Shown here one piece after another: positions 12,883-27,400 of a stretch of 64,000 nt of DNA (positions are counted from its first letter, which is position 1; the number at the start of each line of letters is the position of its first letter). Source of the stretch: Octopus bimaculoides (lineage: Eukaryota); the NCBI RefSeq assembly GCF_001194135.2, contig NC_069000.1, positions 14,356,456 through 14,420,455 of the forward strand, in the 5' to 3' direction. The notes under the pieces were generated by a model. The model was not told the DNA's origin, ran no database searches, and was given only the letters and a program-made list of their open reading frames with translations. The position numbers and the translations under genes are program-made.

Positions 12883-13796
12883 NNNNNNNNNNNNNNNNNN
12901 NNNNNNNNNNNNNNNNNNNNNNNNNNNNNNNNNNNNNNNNNNNNNNNNNNNNNNNNNNNNNNNNNNNNNNNNNNNNNNNNNNNNNNNNNNNNNNNNNNNN
13001 NNNNNNNNNNNNNNNNNNNNNNNNNNNNNNNNNNNNNNNNNNNNNNNNNNNNNNNNNNNNNNNNNNNNNNNNNNNNNNNNNNNNNNNNNNNNNNNNNNNN
13101 NNNNNNNNNNNNNNNNNNNNNNNNNNNNNNNNNNNNNNNNNNNNNNNNNNNNNNNNNNNNNNNNNNNNNNNNNNNNNNNNNNNNNNNNNNNNNNNNNNNN
13201 NNNNNNNNNNNNNNNNNNNNNNNNNNNNNNNNNNNNNNNNNNNNNNNNNNNNNNNNNNNNNNNNNNNNNNNNNNNNNNNNNNNNNNNNNNNNNNNNNNNN
13301 NNNNNNNNNNNNNNNNNNNNNNNNNNNNNNNNNNNNNNNNNNNNNNNNNNNNNNNNNNNNNNNNNNNNNNNNNNNNNNNNNNNNNNNNNNNNNNNNNNNN
13401 NNNNNNNNNNNNNNNNNNNNNNNNNNNNNNNNNNNNNNNNNNNNNNNNNNNNNNNNNNNNNNNNNNNNNNNNNNNNNNNNNNNNNNNNNNNNNNNNNNNN
13501 NNNNNNNNNNNNNNNNNNNNNNNNNNNNNNNNNNNNNNNNNNNNNNNNNNNNNNNNNNNNNNNNNNNNNNNNNNNNNNNNNNNNNNNNNNNNNNNNNNNN
13601 NNNNNNNNNNNNNNNNNNNNNNNNNNNNNNNNNNNNNNNNNNNNNNNNNNNNNNNNNNNNNNNNNNNNNNNNNNNNNNNNNNNNNNNNNNNNNNNNNNNN
13701 NNNNNNNNNNNNNNNNNNNNNNNNNNNNNNNNNNNNNNNNNNNNNNNNNNNNNNNNNNNNNNNNNNNNNNNNNNNNNNNNNNNNNNNNNNNNNNNN
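12883..13796. other. Assembly gap (largest). Others: 2629-3054, 3775-3795, 7842-8297, 17745-17754, 18827-19157, 33593-34318, 52648-52808
   Basis: N runs, nearly all abutting (AT)n microsatellites. Confidence 0.99.
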
Positions 13797-16700
13797 ATCG
13801 GTGATAGGGTTAGGGTTAGGGTAAAACAGCAAATTTAAAAAGAAAAAAGCAAATAAAACGAAGAAAAGAAAAAGAAAATGAAAAAAGCAAATTTAAAATG
13901 AAAAAAGTAAATAAAACGAAGCTATGGCTTAATCAGCCAAAGGAGTAAATATAAACAACTGAATACTTGTCAGTGATTGGTTGAAATTATCGAAATAAGA
14001 CAATTTTTTACATGAAATAAATTCGAATACAAAAATATTTTTCTGTTCTATAACACAAAATAGATAAGTATACGAAGTTTGAAAGTCTTTCGGTACCAAA
14101 AACACTACGTAAAACATTAATGAAAAAAGTGGCCCCCGTTTTAAAAAAGATCCAAATATTTTATATATTTACTTTCGTTTTAAAGTGAAAGAGAGGAGAA
14201 AGTGAAAGATGTATTTATGTGTATATGATGAAATAGACATGCGTGTGAACGAGAGAGAGAGAGAAAAGAAAGAGAGTGAGTGAAGGGGTGTGTTGTCATG
14301 TATACATACATACATCAATATATAAAAGAAAAAGAACATGTGTGTACATCATCTTGTATGTACGTGTGCATGTATGAGAGAGAGAGAGAGGGAAGTTGTA
14401 TGGATTAATTTTAAACAACTAAACAAGAAAACCAGATGTCCCTATATTACCGAGGGCCTATTCATCAAGATAGTAATAACAGAAAAGGTGATGACAATGT
14501 TTTTGAAACCCCATTCTGCATTAGTTCTATTAACATACAACTCTGATACATCAATAAATGACAATAAATTTGTCAGGTTTAAAGTTTCACTTTGGTCTGT
14601 GATCGGTCCGAACATACATTTTACTGATCTGTTTTAGTGTGTTTGGGGATTTTTTTTTACGTCTGTTATTATTTTTTTTTTCTAAGTGATCGTAGTTGAC
14701 GTGTTCATTTCAAAAGGACCTATATGTGTGGCTAATATTTTTTTCATTTTAATGAAGAGAATAGCGAAGTAATGATCAAAAGCATTAAACCGTGTGAAAA
14801 AGAAGCATGTGAATTCAGTTTTATTACACGTAACTGAAAACAAACGGAAAATATACCAAATTGAAACGTAAAGTAGGATGGAATTATTGAGATCAATAAT
14901 AGTACAATCGATGCATACTACTCAAATATTTGCATCCATTTCAAGTGCAAGGTTTTAGATTTAATGCTTTAATTAATCAGAGATGCGTCCTAGATTATCG
15001 ATAGTATGTGTTGTATCCAGCATTATCGTGAATGCCTTACTTTTCCTTATCTTCACTACGTTCCGTTGACAATCGCACTTGTTGATTAAAATTAAACTGT
15101 CAACCTTATTACTAATTAATAAACGCTGCTTAGACATTTCGGAATCGAATGTTAAAACTTCATCAGTCCGTTTGAAATTAATATACCTATAAATATATAT
15201 TTTAATCCCATATCAAGGAATTACGTTACTGATAAGGAATCTTTTGTTTTTCCCACTCGTATTTCCGCAACACAAAGGTTATAAATAATACACACACACA
15301 CACACAGATAGCTTGATAATACATATTATAAATTAAAACAGTAACACATATAATAATCCGATTTAATTAAAAGAACTGATTTAGGGACTATAATACTTGA
15401 TAATTAATCACAAAAGGAATACGATTACTCAAATCTTTTTTCCAACGAATTTATAAATAAATACATACATTAACAAAAAAATATATTTATTCTAAATGTT
15501 AATTCCGATACGAAATAGCTGTGAACCCTCGTACCTTCATTTACGAATAGATTACAACAGAAAAACAACTGATATGTTGCTCCATCATGAGATAAGAGCT
15601 TCAATATAGATTATGATTAGCGTTAAATTAAGGGAAAAATGGCTGGATCCTTCAGGTTTTACTTATGTAGTAGGCACAATCGAAATTTTATAAAATAAAC
15701 TCTACAATAAGACAAATATCAAAATCTAACCACCACGATAACATGCTGTTAGTTGAACAAGTGGCTGTGATCTTTAAGACAGAAACGTCAATGATATATA
15801 TATATATGTATATATGTGTGTGTCAAGGAGCTACAATCCTTTAAGGGATGCTAGCATCCTAGTTATCCTGTTTACACAAGTGTTCAGTGAAAACTAGATA
15901 TGCTAGTTTTGCATTGATATTATGCACTATTAGGGAAATGATTTGTAATAAAAAAACAGAAAACCCACATGTTTATTTCCAGCCTTAATGTGAAAGTAAA
16001 ATATATGTATTTTTAGTAGTTAATAAACAAATAACAGTAAATTTAAAATATGCCATTCCAAAGATAAAATTCTGTCTTATAAAAAAAAAAAAAAACATTG
16101 AAAGGACTAAAGAAAGATACGTTACATTATTGCATTATCTCATTGAAAGACCTTTCAGCTGAACTGATGTACATTTCTCCAGGGTTAATAATAAAAATAC
16201 CAACACGTTTTACAAAGAGGAAAAAAGGTGTGAAATAAGTGCGCAATGACTAAACAATTCCAGTATATTATATTACAGAAAATTGATTACAGTTATGATT
16301 ACACGACTGGCAAGGAACAATTATCAACAGAATATTTATAAATGATTAATTTGCTCCGCTAAAAAATTTATTAACTCAAGGCTCCTAATAATAATAATGT
16401 GATATATACAAGCTGAAATTGCAACTGGTGTTTAGAGTCGGTGCATATCGCCACACCCAATACAAACAGAGGGGACTCTGTCTTGATTCAAACGCAATTA
16501 TTTTTTAAAGCATAAATAAATAGTTGAAATAGTTATGTATTAATTAAATAATACACTTTGTATTTATTCTAGCAACAAACAACGGAATGTAAATTTAAAC
16601 TAATGTTACTATTTTTTTCTTGTCATACCCAATATAAACACTTTAGCCCCTGCCTGATACAAACCCATTTTTAAACATTAATAAATTGTTTAGTTATTTA

Positions 16701-16941
16701 TGTATTAATTAAATGAATTACTTTATTCTACTGAGAAAATAATAGACTATAAATTTAACTAATGTTATTTTTTTTTCTGTATTTTAACGGAAATAAATTG
16801 CTGTCATTTGCAGGAAAAGTGTACTTTCAGAATTGTCATGACATGATAGCTATGCTATGATGTGCACAGAATAAATTAAGGTTACTCTTTGGATAGAAAT
16901 TAACTTATTTATTGTCCATTTTATAACGAGCCACATGGTTG

Positions 16942-17009
<68 letters not shown>

Positions 17010-17703
17010 CACACACATCACATACATAAACAAAACATTCAAAACTTAACTTCCACACCAGTTTTCATTCAGTAAACAATTATTAATATATAACCAGGTA
17101 ATTATTAAAAACAACCGTTTTAATATTGCCAACAATATTAATTATAATAAAAGGTTGCAATTACGCGACATGTCAAGGAGGTTATAAATATATGTGTGTG
17201 TATATATATATATATATAAATATATATATGTGTGTGTGTGTGTATGTATACGCAGCTGATCTTTATTATCCCAAATGTATAGTATTATATATCCATCACG
17301 GCTATAGAAAAGATTTATATTTGAAACCATTTCACTTAGAAAAAATATGGAAATTTTTAAGGTACGTTAAGCAGGCAGTGCTTTTAAACGATGCTTGACG
17401 GTTTGTGTTGATGTGTGTACAGGTGTGCTAATGATATTGTTTCTCACCTTAACAACAGTAACTGAACTAATAACATCTGACAAATATCATTTAAATGACA
17501 ACAAATATCACTGTTGTAAAAATACACACATACATACGTCTGTGTGATTATGTTAGTGGAACAGTTTAAAAAGCTTATATAAATAAATTGAGATGAAGAA
17601 AAAACAGTATTAGTCACTGATTAATTATTTCAATATAGATCAGAATCATGTGGCATATGTATGTATATAAATATGGTACTATTAATATGTGGTACTATAA
17701 ATA

Positions 17704-17744
<41 letters not shown>

Positions 17745-17754
17745 NNNNNNNNNN

Positions 17755-17787
<33 letters not shown>

Positions 17788-20561
17788 CACACGTGTGTGT
17801 GTATGTGTACTTTTACATGTGTGGTTGAGAAATGGCGATGCAAATATTATTAGCGAAATGTTTGATCATTGATATCAATGTTATACGATTTTTATCTGTT
17901 TAAAGTAAGCAACTGCATGGCACCATTTCAGTGAAATATAGTAACAACAGTAACAAGTGCTTCTGTTAAAAATATAAATAAAATATATGCTAATTATCTC
18001 CGAATAACAGCACAAATTACAGTAAATTTGTAAAAATCTGTTATTAATAACTTACTTTATGTATATTTTCCATTAAATCCGATGACATCAGTAGATACTT
18101 CTATATGATTTCCTAAGCACTATCCAGTGTGTATACATATACATCCATCGATTCACGCACACACATTATATATAATATATATACATATATATATATATAT
18201 GTGTGTGTGTGTGTCTTTCTTTCTAGTTATATGTCAATGGAAATTGAGATGGCTTTCTTCTTAGATTAGCAGCCCTAAATGATAAATAGGTCCGACAACG
18301 GTCAAATTACGTTTATATATGTTTGAGATTAAACCCGCCTGAATGAAACAGCCAGAGCTTAATCTCAGCTTCCTCATCACTTTTTGACTCAAATTCATTT
18401 ATTATTGCTGCAGTCCAGCAGCAAGTGGTTGGCGGTCATTTATCATTGGGATTATAACTGCACTTCCATTGAATTTTACAACTGTTACAAGCTTCGGTCG
18501 TTGTTCATTTTTTTTACCTGAAGCATGAATTTAATGATGATACTAATTAAATAAGATTTTTCGTTTATATTTTCCTACATTAAAACAAATTTAAATAAAT
18601 TTATATGATGCATAGTGGTGTAAATTAACGCGCCAAGCACGACCCGGTATAGCAGCTATATATATATCATGATGTATATTTCCTGTACTATTCAACAAAT
18701 GATTTCAGAATTATTTATATATTACGATAGTAATCTAAATATCATGCTTTTTAGTGTTATTCATGTGTTTATTTCTGTATGAATTAGCATCTGTAAACAT
18801 ACTTTTTAGTATTGAAGTAGTGTGCANNNNNNNNNNNNNNNNNNNNNNNNNNNNNNNNNNNNNNNNNNNNNNNNNNNNNNNNNNNNNNNNNNNNNNNNNN
18901 NNNNNNNNNNNNNNNNNNNNNNNNNNNNNNNNNNNNNNNNNNNNNNNNNNNNNNNNNNNNNNNNNNNNNNNNNNNNNNNNNNNNNNNNNNNNNNNNNNNN
19001 NNNNNNNNNNNNNNNNNNNNNNNNNNNNNNNNNNNNNNNNNNNNNNNNNNNNNNNNNNNNNNNNNNNNNNNNNNNNNNNNNNNNNNNNNNNNNNNNNNNN
19101 NNNNNNNNNNNNNNNNNNNNNNNNNNNNNNNNNNNNNNNNNNNNNNNNNNNNNNNNNTATATATATATATATATTTTTATTCATTCACTCAAACAATTTA
19201 GTGTTGAGGTAAAGAATATATACACACTATAATGCATACAGTTTGTATGTATTGTTGACGATGTTTTAATAGAAACATATAGCAGAAGGCAGACATCCGA
19301 TTACAAGAATAGCTTACTCAATAATCCACCTTTTATATTCTGCATCCCTAATAAATTACATGTCTGTTCTATCGATATTAACTAGGGAGCTATAAAGCAA
19401 TGACATTACGAAATGTACATGTCTCCTCTATCAAGGACTAAACTTAAAGTTAAACAAACACCATTATGCTATTTATTATTATTATTATTATTATCTAGAA
19501 CAATATTCCGCAACCGGTGTCTGTTCACCATGGGAGACCATAATTTACGAAGAAATAGCCAAAAGGAAATAAATATAAACCTAATTACCAGCAATTTTAT
19601 TGTGCAAATGATTTAAGCAAAGTATCTACAGTATTAGAGACACATGGACGGGAAATATACCCCAATGATTAAAAGATTCACCTCCCAACCTTAGGTTCTA
19701 AATTCTAAATTCGGCAATTTTTTTCTTCTTTTCTCTCATGATAGCCGAAGGTTGAGTTAGGTCTTGCAAATTAAATTGGAAACAGGGTAAAATGGGTGTT
19801 GAATACGGGGGTCCATTTGCACTTTAAGCAAACTGCAGTGTGTAACATTTCGTTTGGCAGCTGGTGGGGAAACTTCGGGTTTAATAAACAACAGTATTTC
19901 ATTTTTTATTTGGATTCGAAGAATGACAAAAGCAAAAATCTACGTGAAAGAATAAAATGAACAGCAAAAAAATTAATTCAACCCATAAAAAAATGTACTT
20001 CTACGTTTTCGCTTATTTTCGCTGCGTGAAATTGTGTTTTAACAATTTGTATTTCATTTTCACGTCGATTTTGCTAGAATTAAAAGAAAAAAGGAATATA
20101 TATACGCGCGCACACACACTCCCTATTCGGATAACACTCCCTCCTTATAAATAAACATTTATACATATATAAACATTGCCTTGCATATATGTATATGTCG
20201 ATCTCTGGTGCTCTTTTGGTTTATTTCCGGATTGTTTTGGTTTCTTTAGCAGTCCCACAATTATATGTACCTAAAACCAAAGACAGGCACACATTTATTA
20301 TCTTTTTACTTATTTCAGTCATTGGACTGCGGCCATGATTGGGCACCACCTTGAAGGGTTTTGATCGAATACATCGACTCCAGTACATATTTCTAAGCTT
20401 AGTACTTATTCTATCGGTCTCTTTAGCGCACCGCTAACTTATGAAGACATAAACAAACCAATACCTGTTGTCAAGTAGTGGGGTGGACACACAAACACAC
20501 ACATATAACACCAGGATAGTTTTTGCTATCGCTATGCCGTAGCAAAATATATCTATCAATC

Positions 20562-20619
<58 letters not shown>

Positions 20620-21261
20620 TAAGTAAAAGATGCATGCCTATCTTTGGTTTTAGATACATATAACTGGGGGACTGTAAATAAAACCAAAACAATTCGGGAA
20701 AATACAAAAATATCACCCATGATCAACAACGTTTATATATGAATAGTACGACGGACTTCTTTCAGTTTCCGTCTACAAAATTCACTCACAAGGTTTTGGT
20801 TGAACCAGGGTTATGAAGATGCTTAACCAAGATGTTACGTAGTGGTACTGAACCCAGAACCATGTGGTTGGAAACCAAACTTCTTACTGCACACAGTCAC
20901 ACCTATATATATACATTGAGATAGATAGATAGACACATATACACATTGTTTTTGTATTTGTTTTGCAAGATTTCTTCCTAAGAAATCATATGTTGAATCA
21001 GATGTTGATATACTTTGGGACAGTCATTTTGCTAATAGAAATACACATATTAGTCGTTTTCATTATATCATTATTACCATTAATCAACTACTTAACTAAT
21101 TAATTAATTACCAAATGAATTGTTTCAAGGCACCTCGACAATACGGTTGTAGACTGCAGAGAAAGGATGCTGGTGAACCAACTGATTGATCAAATATTTT
21201 GATTGGTTAATGAATTAATTATATATTTGACTGATAATAGTAAAATGAAGTGAAATACAGC

Positions 21262-22450
21262 CAGAAATTCTAGAGTGAGATTGAATTCTATAAAAGCAAT
21301 TGTATTGATATTTGTAAAAGAAGAATTTTGAGCAGATAGATGATAATTATAATTCTTTTAATGTTCCATATATAATATTGCACTGACAATTATTATGCCA
21401 GTGGCCTCACATGATTGGGGAATACTTTTATAAGTGAGATATGATTTGGGGTTCAGCTCCATTGCTTGGCACCTTGGGTAAATGTCTGATACTATAGCCC
21501 TAGGTCAAATAAAGCCTTTTGAGTGGATTTGGTAGAAGCAGACTGAAAGAATCCTATCGTGTGTGTGTGTGTGTGTGTGTGTCCCCTTGCCTTGACATCA
21601 TGTGACAGTTGTAAATGGTTGTCCCTGTCATAGAAGCTGGGTCATTCATTTAATGTATTCTGCAGAAACATATCTGGCAACGAAAATTTTACCTTGCGTG
21701 GAAACAGGTTAGTGTTGGTTGGTGATAGGAAGGATATCAAACTGTAGAAAATCTGCTTCAATAAACTCTGTCCAATCCATAAAAGCATGGAAAAGTGAAT
21801 GTTAAAATGATTATGATGATGATGAGGATGATGTTAAAACAGTGATGAAGATGATGATATGGGCAATGAGTAAATGTAAAAGAAAAAAAAATCAAAATTA
21901 GACCATTACAAAAAAATGTTGCTGACTGCCTGTACTGGGAGAAAAAATTAAAATATATTTATAACATATATTTATGCTGGTAAATATACATCATTAGAAC
22001 CTGAACAAATACCTTGAAGTATTTTATTACAACTCTTTAAATTCTGAGTTTAAATCCTGGTTTTTCAGAATTTATTTCAGCCAACAAAATCTTGTGACTG
22101 CTGTGATAAATTGTCAGCAAACTTTAAGAATCAGACCTACTTCCATTTTTATGTGCCAAAATGCTGATAAAAATTTCCAGAATTTTGTCATTTTCTTATA
22201 AATAAGTTTCAATTCTAAATTCTAACCAGAGACCAGCTTAATACAGCTGGAGGTTATGTCATTCATCCAGGTCATGAGAAACCAATTCTCACCTTGCTCT
22301 CACAACTCAGTCACACATTGTGGAAAACAAGAGCAATAAATTTAGCAAACATGATAACATGATTCTCATGTCTCTCTCATATATATGCATTAAAATAAAC
22401 AATAGAAATAATACATAATACTTGCGTTTATATGTACTAGGAAATGTCAT

Positions 22451-22503
<53 letters not shown>

Positions 22504-22791
22504 CTAGGGTAAAGACCCTTTGGTCATGAATGACCATGGGACTACACCTAGAAAGTTACCCTCCAAGGCACAAGGTTGTTTATGGAAGACCAGCAATCGC
22601 CAATGCATACCAGCATCTCCTCTCCATGCCGCCAATGTTATCCAAGGAAAAGGCAAAGGCCAATACAGCTTGGCACCAGTGATGTCGCAACTTATTTCTA
22701 CAGATGAGTGAACTGGAGCAATGTGAAATAAAATGTCTTGCTCAAGAACACAACACACAGTCCAGTGACTGAAGGGGCGAGGTCTTTACTT

Positions 22792-22838
<47 letters not shown>

Positions 22839-23857
22839 AGACCCCTTCAATCACGAAAGTAACCCCCCCCCCCCAAGGCAGAAGTCTGGGCAAAGTTGTT
22901 TTTGAAAGACCAGCAGTCACCAATACATACTAGCCTCCCCTCTCCATGCCGCTGATGTTATCCAAGGAGAAACAAAGGCTGATATAGCATGGCACCAGTG
23001 ACATTGCAAGTCATTTCTACAGCTGAGTGATCTCAACTCAACATGCACGCAAGCCTTGTTATAAGCTTGCTCCCTCTTCAGGATCATTTTTACCAGCCCC
23101 TCTTCCACAGTCCTCTCCTCCTTTACCCTCTCGCTGAATTCCACTCAAGAGAGGATTTCACTATTCTCTTCCTGAATATGCATAGTACATGGCCCATGGT
23201 TGAACATATTTCACTGTGTGGCAGCAAGTGGCCTTGTGGTTAGGATGTTGGACTCATGATCATAAGATTGTAGTTTCAATTCCTAGGCTGTGTGATGTCT
23301 TGTGTTCTTGATCAAAACATTTTGTTTCACATTGCTCCAACTCACTCAGCTGGCAAAAATGAGTATACCTTCGACAGACCAGTGCCCTGTCCAGTGGGGA
23401 ATATATATGTCACAGGAACCAGAAAACCATCTCTGAGTCGATATGACTTGGGAAGGAGCAATGTTCCACTGTCTCATGAGGATGGCATTTCAAAGGTTAC
23501 TCAGCCTGACCTTTTCCATGACTTTGTTTCTCAAATGGTCACGCCAAGAAATTCTCAGTATAATCCTAGGGCAACGTCTGTGAAAAGCAATTGCAGCCAT
23601 TGCGAGTTAAGTGAATTTGTCAGTGACACAGAATTGTGGCAGTTATATAGATTAAACTGTGTTGACTCATTATCTGACAGGAATGTTCTCAATCAATATG
23701 ACCAGCTGTGCTTCTTGCTCTTGTTTAGTGAGCAGAAATCTAGAGTGGGACTTAATTCTGTAAAAGCAATTGTATTGATATCTGTAAAAGAAGAATTTTG
23801 AACAGCTTGATGATAATTATAATTCTTTTAATGTTCCATACATAATAATTGCACTGA
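21262..23857 (+). repeat. About 125-bp dispersed direct repeat (21262-21386 / 23733-23857)
   Basis: CAGAAAT.CTAGAGTG...AAAAGCAATTGTATTGATAT...GTAAAAGAAGAATTTTGA...ATAATTATAATTCTTTTAATGTTCCATA...GCACTGA in both, with scattered mismatches. Confidence 0.9.
22508..23030 (-). mobile_element. Two tandem headless family C SINE copies separated by (AT)n
   Basis: 22508-22765 and 22835-23030 both match the family C body. Confidence 0.8.
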
Positions 23858-24028
23858 GGCTGGTCAATGTATGCTGCCCCTTACTGTCAATAATTAAATA
23901 AATACTATAGAAATAGAGCCCAATGCATTGATTTGCTCAGAGGCTTGCAATATTAAGACAACCCTAAGTATTAAAACTCACATTCTAACACAGAAAAGTC
24001 TGTTAAACAAACAACTTAAGAATTGTTG

Positions 24029-24065
<37 letters not shown>

Positions 24066-24265
24066 GTATATTAGATTTGAGTGTTTCTATTTTTCAGTGT
24101 ATCAACTCATATATACCAGAAAGATATATTTCTTGGTAAAAAAGAAAAAAGAAAACATTTAATTTAAAATATGGAATTTTATGATTTAGCAAAAAGAAAT
24201 TCCCTATAAATCTATCAGAGAACGCTTTGAAGTTAATAAATAGTATACATTACCTTCATGACAAT

Positions 24266-24475
24266 CGCATATATATATATATATACATACACACACACAT
24301 ATATATACATATATATATGCATATATATATACATATATATATATATGCATATATATATATACATATATATATATACATATATATAGACATATATATACAT
24401 GATGATGATATGTACATATATATATACATATATATACATACATATATATATACATATATACACACACATATATAA
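24266..24475. repeat. Compound (AT/AC)n microsatellite
   Basis: Direct inspection. Confidence 0.95.
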
Positions 24476-27400
24476 GTAATAATTTTAAATTTGGATATAA
24501 ACCTCTTTCATATCTCATAATCGTTTATGTGTGTAATCCAAGCTCTACCACATTATATTTACATTTGCCGGTGAAATTTAAGAAGACAGCAAAAAAAAAA
24601 AAAACACTTACAATATATTATAAACATCTTTTTTTTAAAAAAATGACGAATATGACATTTTTTATAGATTAAAAATCAATTCATTTACAAATGGTTAGTG
24701 ACATGTATTGGTTAAAAACTAAGTTACTTCCCTTATATATTGTACTGTTTCAACATGATTCAGTTGTAAGTTTAGAAACTTTATAAATTAATTACTATAA
24801 CATTATAACTAATCTGTTGGTGGTGGTGGTGGTTTGAAAGAACGAAGTGGACGGAGCTAATTATATTTCATCGTTCATATTTCAATATTAAGATATCTGA
24901 ACAAAGATTATGTTACCTTAATTTAACTCACTCAATCCTTAAAGATTATATCAAACTTAAGACGAAAACCATTGTCAACAATGTGGATTATCGACTTCAA
25001 ATTTATGAATCCAATTCTTGTTACGACAAATATATTAGAATGAGTTTAAAATTAGAAAGATGACTAATATTATCAAATATTACAGAAGCAAGGCAGATTG
25101 ACTAGTTAGAGCTTTTATTTATTTATATTACTTTTACATCTATTTTTTTCTTTTTACATAGCATATAAAATATTCGTAATTTTACTTTTTTAATTTTTTT
25201 TTTGTTTTTCAATAATTTCAGTCATTAGACAATGGTCATGCTGGAGCACCGCTTTCAAGGATTTTAGTTGATTATATTGCCCCCAGTGATTATTTCCATA
25301 TGATACTTATTTTATCAAATCCTATTTGCCAAACTACTAAGTTGCAGAACATTAAGAAACAACATAAACGCTGTTTTTTTTTTGTTTTGTTTTTTAAGCT
25401 CCAAAACGTGTGAATGACGAATATGAATTTATTGTCACAGCATACTTAATTACATTAGTATTTTCTTCTGTATTCTATTTCTATTTTAATATAGAATATT
25501 TATGTAATCATGTATGCTGTAACAAGCTCCAAAGCTCGGGCGCAAACGCGCGCGCGTGTGCGTGCGACTTGCACAAATAAATTCCATTCACAAAAAAGTT
25601 ATTGGTCAACCTGACATTTACAGTAGAAGACAAGTAAGACACTCACGTCAATCTCAAAGTTCTGTACAGTGGGATTGAACCTGGAACCACTTATTTGTGA
25701 AGCAAACATTTTAACCATGCAGTCATGTTTGAGCCTATATGGGCAGAATGATTTTTTTCGGAGCCCTTCCTACTCAACCATAATGAAAGAGCACCTGTTG
25801 TCAGCGAAACAGACGGGCGACAAACAGTTATGTAACTTCCTGTATGTCTGAACACAATAACTGTAGCAAGGCTTAAATTCATACCAGCACCTCAACTCCA
25901 CAACAATTATTCTTTGTAAATTAAAGTATATAAAGCTGAATTTTGTATTGTTGAGAATATTTTAAATATGACCGCTTATCAATAGACGTAGATTATTATA
26001 TTTATTTCGGAAATGTATTTGCCTGGAAAGTTTTGATCCTAGACCGTATATTGCAATCACAGCGTCGAAGACACATTAGCTTTTCGAGAATTGTTAACTT
26101 GTCATAAATATCCATTATTTGATCCCGTCACTAGCACAGATTCACTGCTACTATATTAGGCTTTTGCTATATGACTGTTACCTTCAGTTTATAATTAACT
26201 GATTATGATTAATGTCCATGTTGATGTTTTGAATACATACCGTTTTCTCTATAATGATTTCATACCATGTTGTACAGCGCCATAACTCCACAACAACTGG
26301 TCTTTATAAATTAAAGTACATAGATAGGACTAATTCATTTTTATATTGTTTAGAATATTATAAATATAACATCTTATCAGCAGATACAGATTACTGTATT
26401 TCAGTGATGTACTTGTCTAGAAGACTTGATCTAAGACCATGTGTTGTTAAAACTGAGACAATTAAGTGTGGACGATACATGTTAACCACCCAGAATCTCA
26501 CAAAAACTGAACTTCAATTAAACATCTATTATTCAGTTGATCCCTTCTTCCATTCTATATATTAACTTTGCTTTTTTTCCCCCATTCTTAACCCCATTGT
26601 AGTGATGCAACTCTCCATTCTGTCCCTTTTAAATTCCATATCTTATATACTGCTGATATCAGCAGTTCTCCACGAACTCTTCAATAATGAGGATCTTTGC
26701 TGATTAGCACAATGAACAGTCCCATACCTCCATTTCTCATAACAACTATAAAAGCTAGGATTTACTATCTCCAGTGATCTCTCCTTGTAATATTTAACAT
26801 GGCTAAACTACTTAGTTTTGTTTCATTGTCTGTCAGAGCAAAGAATTGTTTCAACTTGAATTACCTTTTGAAAATCATTTTATTTTGTTCTGTGCTATAC
26901 TGCACATTGGGCCTTCCTTGGACAGTTCCAATATATCATATTTTCTATGATAAAGAGTTTAGCCTTCATTGACTCCGAGGAAAGAGACTGGTATCTCCCT
27001 CAATCCCTCTCACAGTACAAATTACCCAATGCTGAGAAAGAGAGAGAAAGGAGCCAACCTCAGTATTTAACTAGTGCTACATTTTTCACTTCTGGAAGGA
27101 TGAAAGATGAAGTTGACCTCAGTGGAATTTGAATTGAGAGCTCAGAGAACCAAAATAAATACCACAAGACATTCTATGTGACTCTCTGTAACAGCCAATT
27201 TGCCAGATCTCTTAAATAGGTTTGTGTGTTTCTTGTTATTACTGTCAGATGAAAATATCCACATGGTCAGTAAGTTCTTTTTCCTTTAAAAGTTTAAGTC
27301 CCCACTACTCTTGTTGCTGTTACTACAGCTCGTACAATGACTTGTTATTCTAATTTCTGGATTATCATAGTGTCTTCCTCTTTCACTGCTACTAAAATGG

